Assembly (NCBI GenBank): GCA_964571705.1
Contig: CAZNDJ010000001.1
Span: 107,660-171,659 of the forward strand
Reading direction: 5' to 3'
DNA: 64,000 bases
From: an uncultured Chitinophagaceae bacterium
GTDB taxonomy: Bacteria > Bacteroidota > Bacteroidia > Chitinophagales > LD1
This document shows positions 56,095-63,500 of this stretch, one piece after another. A program made the translations under genes and the position numbers. The notes under the pieces are model-generated. The model worked only from the letters and a program-made list of their open reading frames with translations. It was not told the origin of the DNA and searched no databases. The stretch's first letter is position 1. Each line of letters opens with the position of its first letter.

Positions 56095-56820
56095 ATGGAC
56101 ATCAAGACCAAAGGCATAGTGCTACATACGGTGAAGTACTCTGAGACATCTGTCATAGTGCGGATGTATACAGAGCGCCTGGGCCTGGTGAGCTACATAG
56201 TGAATGGCGTGCGCAGCAGCCGCTCTACGGCCAAGGCCGCTATGATGCAGCCACTCACGCTGCTCGACCTGGACATCACGCACAGGGACAATAAGAACCT
56301 GCAGCGCATCAAGGAGTACCGCCGTGCCTATACGTACAGGACACTGCCCTTTGATACTGTGAGGACGGCTATGGGGCTATTTATATTGGAGGTGGTGAGT
56401 AAGAGTCTGAAGGAGCATGATGCGAATGAGGAGATGTTTCACTTTGTGTATGACTGCTTCGTGCACCTGGATGAGATGGTGGTGGTGAACCATGATTATC
56501 ACCTGCAGTTCCTCGTGTACTATGCTGTGTACCTGGGCTTTCCGCCGCATGGGGTGTGGACGGAGGAGGCGCCTTACTTTGATATGCAGGAGGGTGGGTA
56601 TACGGGGCGTGAGAGTGTGAGCGGGCTGGTGCTGGGGCGTGAGATGAGCCGGTGGATCAGCGTGCTGTCTACTACGAGTATGCTACAGGTGCCTGACCTG
56701 CGGCTGCACCGCGGGCAGCGGCAGGAGCTGATGCATACGCTGCTGCGGTACTACAATATGCACCTCGATGGGTTCACGGGGCTGCGGTCGCCGGAGGTGC
56801 TGGAGATGCTGTTTTCATAG
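56095..56820 (+). CDS. recO: DNA repair protein RecO
   Basis: OB-fold N-terminus TKGIVLHTVKYSETSVIVRMYTERLGLVSYIVNGVRS. Length is typical for RecO. Confidence 0.85.
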   Translation: MDIKTKGIVLHTVKYSETSVIVRMYTERLGLVSYIVNGVRSSRSTAKAAMMQPLTLLDLDITHRDNKNLQRIKEYRRAYTYRTLPFDTVRTAMGLFILEVVSKSLKEHDANEEMFHFVYDCFVHLDEMVVVNHDYHLQFLVYYAVYLGFPPHGVWTEEAPYFDMQEGGYTGRESVSGLVLGREMSRWISVLSTTSMLQVPDLRLHRGQRQELMHTLLRYYNMHLDGFTGLRSPEVLEMLFS

Positions 56821-57002
56821 TTGTTTTTCGACTGGAGGGTGGGTGATATGTGTGCTAGCTGCATGTGTAGTTTGTTGTGCCTGTGTGGGTCTGCGGGGGT
56901 TGGGTTTTGTAAGTTTTTGGGTGGGGGATTATCCTCAGTTTTGTGGATAGGTCGTCTGTGCATTATTGGCTTATTTTGCATATATTCGCAATCTGTATTA
57001 AC

Positions 57003-57086
57003 CGCAAAAGCGCGAAAACGCGAAAGAATACAAATACATTTCACGCAAAGACGCGAAGGGTTTAAGAACAGCCGGAAGGAATGCAG
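57003..57086 (+). repeat. Copy A of an ~85-bp CGCAAAG-type intergenic repeat
   Basis: CGCAAAAGCGCGAAAACGCGAAAGAATACAAATACATTTCACGCAAAGACGCGAAGGGTTTAAGAACAGCCGGAAGGAATGC aligns with 60313-60399 in the same orientation, roughly four-fifths identical by eye. Confidence 0.7.
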
Positions 57087-57229
57087 GAGTTTTTTGCGAG
57101 GAATTTTAGTGTCTCTGGCGGCTCGAGTGTCAAATCCCCCTAGCCCCCTTTCTAAAGGCGACTATATACAATTCTACACAGACCGTAAGGAATGCACCTA
57201 ACAAGTGTCTATAAAATACGTATAGGAAT

Positions 57230-57772
57230 ATGAAAAGGGGGATAGATTTACAAGCGCCAATGAGCCCAATACTGGTATCTACAGAACGGTATCAAAAGAA
57301 TTTGACTTTTGGAGCTTTGTTTCCAAAAGTCGATGGGCGTTGTGCTTGTGGGTGCAATAATCAACTTATTGGCAAACGAACTAAATGGTATAGCGATGAA
57401 TGCCGCATACAATCATTGCATCATTATTACATCTTAAAAGGGGACAGTAAATTTATCCGTGCGGAGGTTTTCCGCAGAGATATGGGGTATTGTCGCAGTT
57501 GCGGAGTTTTTTCAATCGACTGGCAAGCAGATCACATCCTCCCTGTTCATAAGGGCGGGGGCGCGTGCAGTTTGGATAATATTCAAACGCTATGCATAGA
57601 ATGTCACAAAGCTAAAACCATCTTAGATAGATGCCCATATGGCGACAATATTCAAGCAGCACGCCTCAATATGGTCCATTCTTGTTACAATAGACCTTGG
57701 GCACTCAATAAAAGCATCCTTAAAGATGTCATAGGATATAAAATTCTCAGTCCGTATGGGATTGGTGCCTGA
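57230..57772 (+). CDS. HNH endonuclease (180 aa)
   Basis: Zinc-ribbon CACGC..SDEC, then CRSCG....DHILPVHKGG....NIQTLCIECHKAKT (core about 57491-57619). Confidence 0.8.
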   Translation: MKRGIDLQAPMSPILVSTERYQKNLTFGALFPKVDGRCACGCNNQLIGKRTKWYSDECRIQSLHHYYILKGDSKFIRAEVFRRDMGYCRSCGVFSIDWQADHILPVHKGGGACSLDNIQTLCIECHKAKTILDRCPYGDNIQAARLNMVHSCYNRPWALNKSILKDVIGYKILSPYGIGA

Positions 57773-58366
57773 TTCTATATGAGATGCTCCAAACTTGTGA
57801 AGCATTGCCGCAATGTATTTGTTGCCTTCCTCAGTAAGGGCAGAGTTTTTACTCAGGTGTAATTTCAAAGCTCCATAATATTCTTTACCTCTCACTTTTG
57901 AGCGTACAATCAAGTCGGGATATACACTAATTTCCACTCCATTTATATTGAGTTTGGGATTAGCTCCCGAGTAAAGTTCGTACTCCAAATTCTCATTTAT
58001 AGTTTCCGATTCTAAAACAAACTGCAATCCTTCAATGGATGAATCAATCAGCGCCTGCTGAAAATCATTAGTGGCTGTTTTAGCGTGTAATTCTGCAATA
58101 CAATCGTGAATGTATGTTTCATCAAAATTGTTTACAAAGTATTGTTTAATCGCCTCTCTAGCCTCTTGGTGGGCCATTGGGCCAAACTTATTCTCCTGAG
58201 GATATTTTAGCTGCTCCAAAATGCGTCTTTGCCTTTTAGGATTAGCCACAATGTACTCACCTAATTTGTTTACGGTCATTTTAGGCGTTGGAATGCCTGT
58301 TGCTGTTGTTTTGCCCATAGCTGTCAAAAGTTTTTTATTGAATGATGATAATTCCTCTTTAGCCAT
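57623..58366 (-). CDS. Hypothetical protein (247 aa) translationally coupled to the IS1595 transposase
   Basis: Its start overlaps the transposase stop by 8 nt. No firm motif; VYPDLIV....GALKLHLSK is only vaguely PD-(D/E)xK-like. Confidence 0.5.
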   Translation of the reverse strand: MAKEELSSFNKKLLTAMGKTTATGIPTPKMTVNKLGEYIVANPKRQRRILEQLKYPQENKFGPMAHQEAREAIKQYFVNNFDETYIHDCIAELHAKTATNDFQQALIDSSIEGLQFVLESETINENLEYELYSGANPKLNINGVEISVYPDLIVRSKVRGKEYYGALKLHLSKNSALTEEGNKYIAAMLHKFGASHIESGTNPIRTENFISYDIFKDAFIECPRSIVTRMDHIEACCLNIVAIWASI

Positions 58367-59282
58367 TGATTAGTGATTTATAGGTTAAGCGATTATTTGA
58401 ATTAGCCAGCAGCAGATTAAATCTCTTGCATTCATCTATGCTGCGTGAATTGTAACGAAACGAAAACTCGTCTACATAACGTTGCAAGTGCTTTTCTGAT
58501 ACTTGATGGTAGATACCAAAGATACCGCGTTTAAGTATAGACCAAAATCCTTCGATGCTATTAGTGTGAAATGGCCCGCGAACGTAGATGTTTTTTGAGT
58601 GCTCTACAATCTCATGCTTATACTCTGATGGCATATTCTTATAGCCACCGTGACCATCCGTAATTACTGTCGTACCAGCCTTAAGATTATCCTTTATCAG
58701 ACCATGCAGAACTGTCATTGTAGGATTGGCAGGAATAACCACCTTTGCCTTAACTCCCGCACCGCGTTCCAGCATTCCCACAACCATTGTTTGATGGACA
58801 TATCCCCTCCCTTTAGCGGACAGTTCTTTTCTCTTTGCCTTGCTCTTATTTTTGGTTTTGCCACCTACAAACGTTTCATCCATTTCAATCACATCGCCTT
58901 CCTGCTCGTTAGACATTCCAAAGCAATTTCTGATGCGATGATTCATAAACCATGCAGTTTTTTGTGTCACATCCAAGTCCTTCGCCAGTTGTACGGAAGA
59001 TATACCCTTCTTATGTGAGGTTATTATATAGATAGCTAAGAACCAAGTTTGCAGTTCAATCTTTGTGTTATCAAACAAAGTGCCTGTACGTACATTGAAG
59101 TATTTGCCAGTGTTCTTGCACTTGTACTTGTTGCCAGCACACTTGTAGACTTTAGAGGTAGCATCGAATGGTGAAACGACATTGCCTGACCACCTAAGCT
59201 CCTCCAAATGATTGATACAGGTTTGCTCGTCAGGGAAAGCCTTTATTAACTCTCTTATTGATGCGAATTCTATATTTATCAT
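58359..59282 (-). CDS. IS1595-family (ISXO2-like) DDE transposase with N-terminal zinc ribbon
   Basis: CINHLEELRW....KCKNTGKYF (zinc ribbon), HTH SVQLAKDLDVTQKTAWFMNHRI, and the DDE region IEMDETFVGG, VITDGHGGY, NSIEGFWSILKR. Start trimmed to ATG 59282. Confidence 0.9.
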   Translation of the reverse strand: MINIEFASIRELIKAFPDEQTCINHLEELRWSGNVVSPFDATSKVYKCAGNKYKCKNTGKYFNVRTGTLFDNTKIELQTWFLAIYIITSHKKGISSVQLAKDLDVTQKTAWFMNHRIRNCFGMSNEQEGDVIEMDETFVGGKTKNKSKAKRKELSAKGRGYVHQTMVVGMLERGAGVKAKVVIPANPTMTVLHGLIKDNLKAGTTVITDGHGGYKNMPSEYKHEIVEHSKNIYVRGPFHTNSIEGFWSILKRGIFGIYHQVSEKHLQRYVDEFSFRYNSRSIDECKRFNLLLANSNNRLTYKSLING

Positions 59283-59450
59283 ACTGTCGTTCTTTTGACA
59301 GTACAAAGTTAGAAGTTATTTACACAAAAGAAAATTAATTTTAGTGTAAATTTGTATATAGTTGCCTTTAGGAAGGGGGAGTTTCAACATTTTGGGCTTT
59401 GTGTGGTGATAAAATGCTTGATGTGGTAGTTGGTGTACGTAGTTGCATGC

Positions 59451-59537
59451 ATTCTCTATTCATTATTCCCTATTCTCTATTCATTATTCTCTATTCCCTA
59501 TTCCTTAAAACTTATCACTTAAAACCAAAAACAACGA
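59451..59537 (+). repeat. G-free pyrimidine/A tract containing nested CTATTC-type tandem repeats
   Basis: ATTCTCTATTCATTATTCCCTATTCTCTATTCATTATTCTCTATTCCCTATTCC... has no G on the plus strand for about 85 nt. A unit of about 21 nt (TTCTCTATTCATTATTCCCTA) is repeated about 2.5 times. Confidence 0.7.
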
Positions 59538-59540
59538 CCT

Positions 59541-60179
59541 ATGGCAGCACCTGATGGCAATACGAATGCCGTGAAATGGACGCTGGAGCGTACGATGGAG
59601 ACGCTGCGCGTGATCGAAAATTATTCTTACAGCCCGGACTGTACGTACCTGGGCCATGCGCTGAGCCTGGCCAATGTGTATGATGATGTGTGGGCGTACT
59701 GGCGGCGCAAGTGGCGCGGCAACGCGGAGATCATACACCTGATGCGGGTGATACAGCAGCGCTTTGAGGCGCGGATCGTGGACAAGACGATGAATGGCAA
59801 GTGCCCGGTACAGTTTGGGATGTTTATGCTGCGGCACCACTATGGGTGGAACCGTGAGCCGGGTGTGGTGCCCGCCGAGCCGGATGTGAGCCATCTGGCG
59901 CAGATAGATGCGCAGCCAGACCCGCCGCCGCAGCCTGTGGCGGAGGTGCCTGCGCCGCCTGCTGCGGAGGAGGAGGCTGCTACGCTGCCTGCTGATGCGC
60001 CTGCGGCTACGAAGCCTGCCAAGGCACAGAACGTGACGCGGGAGAAGCTCTACAGGTATAACAAGCTGCATCCTGACAAGGCGCTGGTACCGCCTATCGC
60101 ATACTTTGACGGGAAGGCGCCGGCGTACCTGCCGGCTATCGTCTTTGAGGATGGGTATTTTTTGCGGGCTGAGTTTTAG
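59541..60179 (+). CDS. Hypothetical protein (212 aa) with a Pro/Ala/Glu-rich linker
   Basis: ATG start and GC-rich. The N-terminal GNTNAVKWTLERTMETL is helix-turn-helix-like. Linker PDPPPQPVAEVPAPPAAEEEAATLPADAPAATKPAKAQ. The antisense 188-aa ORF is Arg-rich low complexity. Confidence 0.5.
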   Translation: MAAPDGNTNAVKWTLERTMETLRVIENYSYSPDCTYLGHALSLANVYDDVWAYWRRKWRGNAEIIHLMRVIQQRFEARIVDKTMNGKCPVQFGMFMLRHHYGWNREPGVVPAEPDVSHLAQIDAQPDPPPQPVAEVPAPPAAEEEAATLPADAPAATKPAKAQNVTREKLYRYNKLHPDKALVPPIAYFDGKAPAYLPAIVFEDGYFLRAEF

Positions 60180-60252
60180 CGGCTTGTCTTGTCATTCCGT
60201 AACATAGTGAAGGAATCTTGTATTGAGTCATCCCGAGGAGCCGAATTTTGTT

Positions 60253-60457
60253 TCTCGCAAAGGCGCAAAGAGTTTAAGGAAATGCAAAAGGAACAGCCAA
60301 ATGCTTTATGGCTCGCAAAAACGCAAAAATGCCAAAGAATACAAATGCATTTTCACACGAAGGGCACGAAGGGCTCTAAGAACGGCCTAAAGGGAATGCT
60401 GTAAGGGCTCGAAGGGCGGAGCTGTGGAATGCTGTTTCACGCGAAGACGCAAAGACC
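60253..60457 (+). repeat. Cluster of CGCAAAG-type repeat units, including copy B (60313-60399)
   Basis: Units TCTCGCAAAGGCGCAAAGAG (60253), GCTCGCAAAAACGCAAAAATGCCAAAG (60311), TCACACGAAGGGCACGAAGGG (60353) and TCACGCGAAGACGCAAAGACC (60437). Confidence 0.7.
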
Positions 60458-60496
60458 TGTACTACGCCTCAAGTCTGAGACTTGAAGTTATTCCGA

Positions 60497-60527
60497 GTTC
60501 CAAGTTACGCTGCGCTAAACTTGGAAC
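60497..60527. terminator. 10-bp perfect hairpin between convergent genes; no U-tract
   Basis: GTTCCAAGTT-(11 nt)-AACTTGGAAC. A second small hairpin, TCAAGTC-TGA-GACTTGA, lies at 60469-60485. Confidence 0.3.
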
Positions 60528-60596
60528 AGCGGGGGGCACAAGAACGCCTACCGCAAGCCACCCTGCATTCTTGCTCCATGTAGGCGGGCTAAAAAC

Positions 60597-63500
60597 TTAG
60601 TCTTTAAGTTTTTCCTTCTTAAATCTTTCATCCCATACAGCATTGTGATTTTTTACATACTCCTCTAACCCGTCTATGTTATAGTAATTGTAGTCACATA
60701 CATACGGAGTATCAATTCCTTGCTTCAGAGTTTCAAATTTGAAATGCAGATATTGATATTTCAGCTCTATTGCTTGATTCAAACCTTTATCCAGATAGTT
60801 AAAGTACTGACTATCTCCATTTTTTTTGAGAAAAACCGTATAGTAATATAAGCATTCTAAGTAAAAATATCTGATGTGCGCCAATGACTTTAAAGCATTT
60901 TCATAATGTACTTTTGCAATATCTGTGTCATTTTCTGAAACAAATGCGAACATTAACTCTTTTAATCCAAGCGTGTAAGGATTAGTAACAACTAACTTCT
61001 TTATTTGCGTGTAATCTGGCTGCTTTACTTTAGATAGTGTATAAGTACATTGCATAATTTCTAAATGCTCCTCACTAAATAAACTATCAATGTAAGCCTC
61101 CAATTTATTAATATCAAGTTTTCCTGTAATTAGCTCGTACTCATATCGGTAAAAATCTCTTTGTCTCTCCAACGCATAATCAGTTATCCCTAAATAGAAA
61201 AAATCATTTATTAAGAAAACCTCATCGCTTTTATTCTTTACAAAGCACTCAATCAATTGTATAGTATATCCTTCCATACTATGAATATCCGCAATATAAT
61301 CATTATAGCGCCGCTCTATGTAATCTTCATTTTCAAAAATCCGGTCGCTCATCCGAGTAGGGGATAATATCTCAGCAATTTTAGTGTAGACCGTATCAAA
61401 ATCCTCTAGATAATAAACACTTTGCAGCTTTATAACCTCTAAAAAAGTATTTGCGAAAGGTACATCTCCAAAATAATCCTCTAAGGCATTAAGCCGTGAT
61501 CGCAAGTCTTGATATTGCTTCTTATTGACAATGTAGGCATCCAACTCATATATATAGTTTATAAAGTATTTTTTTTCATCTATATTGGAAGATTTGGATA
61601 AATCTATATAGCTTATATAATCAAGAATTCCGATTAGATTGTTTTTATACACATCTTGAACTCGCAAAGCATCGGAAAAGCTTTTACTGTCTTTTATGAA
61701 TTTTATAACATCCAATAAGAATGCATTAAATACATAAGCATCATTATAATATTTTTGCCTTACCCCTATTGGACGAGTAAAAAATTGAAATTCTGCAAAC
61801 TTTCTTATTATTGGCTGAAGGTAAAGTAGTCCATTTTCATCTTCAACTAAAGATTTATCGCGAAGATGTCGCATATCTATATCGCTTATTCTATTCAAGC
61901 TGAGAGTTTTTGCAAAACATCTTTTGAAATTGGACAAGCTTATTCCATCCGGAAACAAATGAAGAATCTCAAATGCCAATTTTTCAGAGGTTTTAAGTTT
62001 GGAATATGAATAGTTAATAGACTGGTAAATAGATTTAGTCCGCTCGATATTTAAGTCGGAATCTTTCTTATACAAATTAGATAAAGCCTCACTCGTTGCT
62101 TCGAAAAAATGGGATTCTAAGTGGTCCTTCAACTCCTGCATTCGGAAATATCGAACAGAGGTCTTGGTAACCAATTTTATTGCAAGAGGGTTGTTATTTA
62201 AGAGATTTTCTAATATCTCCGATCTTAAAATTTGTAACTCCGCTTTGTTGCTAACAGGACCATACTCATTGATAAACAGGGCTAGAGCATCATCTGTTAT
62301 CAAGGGAGTTAATGTAAAAACGTCCTCATATGGTAATCCTAAGGATTCTCGTGAAGTTACAATAATATTAGCATAGTCAACGCAAAACTCCAACAACTGA
62401 TATATTTGCTCTAGGTCATTAGAATCAGAAATATTAGTAACAGTTTCAAAATTATCTAGTATTATAAGCACATCTATTTTAACTCTGTTTTCTTTTAAAT
62501 AACCTTTGAAATCTATAATATTTAAAAGGTTGAACCCTTTTAGAATAACCTGCTCAAAATCTACGAACGACTTGACATTCTCACACGTTATAAAATTAAC
62601 TCCTTGCTTAAAGTAACCTCTATTGTAAAGATCCCAACTTACCTTTTTGATAAGAGTGGTTTTCCCTATGCCACCAGATCCTTTAATATTTAGAAGCTTA
62701 TTAGATTCTATTGCATTAAGAACTCTTTTGATTATTGCCGCCTGTTCTTCAATTCTTCCAATTACATTGAGTGATTTCCTTGAAAAATCCAGATTCTTTT
62801 TTATACCATAAATTGATAAATATTTATTTTCCTCCTTTCCGATTGCAATTGGTAATGTGGATACATTTTGGAATTTAATTTGCTCATCTACAAAATTCAT
62901 TTCTCCACGTCTAAAAGCTTTGAAAACAAATCGTTTTATAACTTCACGCTTCAAGCTTTTTATAGAAATTATAGGATAGTCCTCTGGAAGTTGTAATTCT
63001 TCCTCTGATATAAAGATTAAAATTGTTCTTTCGTTCAGCACAGAATTGCATATTAGGTCAACGGGAACTAGAACACTTTTCAACGTTTCATCTTCAATAT
63101 ATAATCTCCCTTTAAAGGCTTTCGTTGGCATTATAACTACATCGAAGTCATCAATTAGTTGTAACGTATTTACATTTAGATGGCCTGTATGTATTTCAAT
63201 ATCTAAATCATCAAAACATCCAATTACATTTTGAACGCTCTCCTTAATGTTAATATCTAATGGATCGGGAGTTAAAAAGGCAATTTTTTTTAAGGCGCCT
63301 TTAAAATCTAGATTGGGCTTTAAATCATCTAGCCTTTTAACCGACCCTTTCTTAAAATCAAGAAAATCAGAAATTCTGACATCTATTTCGGAAAACTCCG
63401 ATACTGGGATAACCTCTAAAAATTTAAAATCTCTAAAACCAGCGGTGTCTTTTGTAATAATATAATGCTTATTATTATTTCCATATATATCGTCAAACTT

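Larger units (their letters stand above)
57128..59389 (-). mobile_element. IS1595-family element (about 2.26 kb) with transposase plus two passenger ORFs
   Basis: The terminal inverted repeats were found by hand: 57152-57179 CTAAAGGCGACTATATACAATTCTACAC versus the reverse complement of 59344-59371, CTAAAGGCAACTATATACAAATTTACAC. They extend outward with indels to about 57128 and 59389. An ISXO2-like DDE transposase lies inside. No target-site duplication could be identified. Confidence 0.75.

Noticed and set aside
56751-57201. ORFs 56751-57044 (-), 56768-56950 (+) and 56821-57201 (+) after recO.
   Set aside because: They run through the G/T-rich tract, the CGCAAAG repeat and the IS terminal repeat. 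Their translations are Cys/Gly/Leu-rich noise, so the region is better explained as non-coding repeats.
59505-60071. Minus-strand 188-aa ORF opposite the 212-aa gene.
   Set aside because: It is an extremely Arg/Leu/His-rich low-complexity translation (RRRISRQRSSLLLRSRRRRHLRHRLRRR). The plus-strand frame has an ATG start and a more protein-like composition. Even so, the plus-strand call itself is only moderate confidence.
60253-60457. The clustered short repeats were considered as a possible CRISPR array.
   Set aside because: The units are degenerate and of unequal length, and they are not separated by uniform unique spacers. No cas genes are in the window, and one copy lies 3 kb away.
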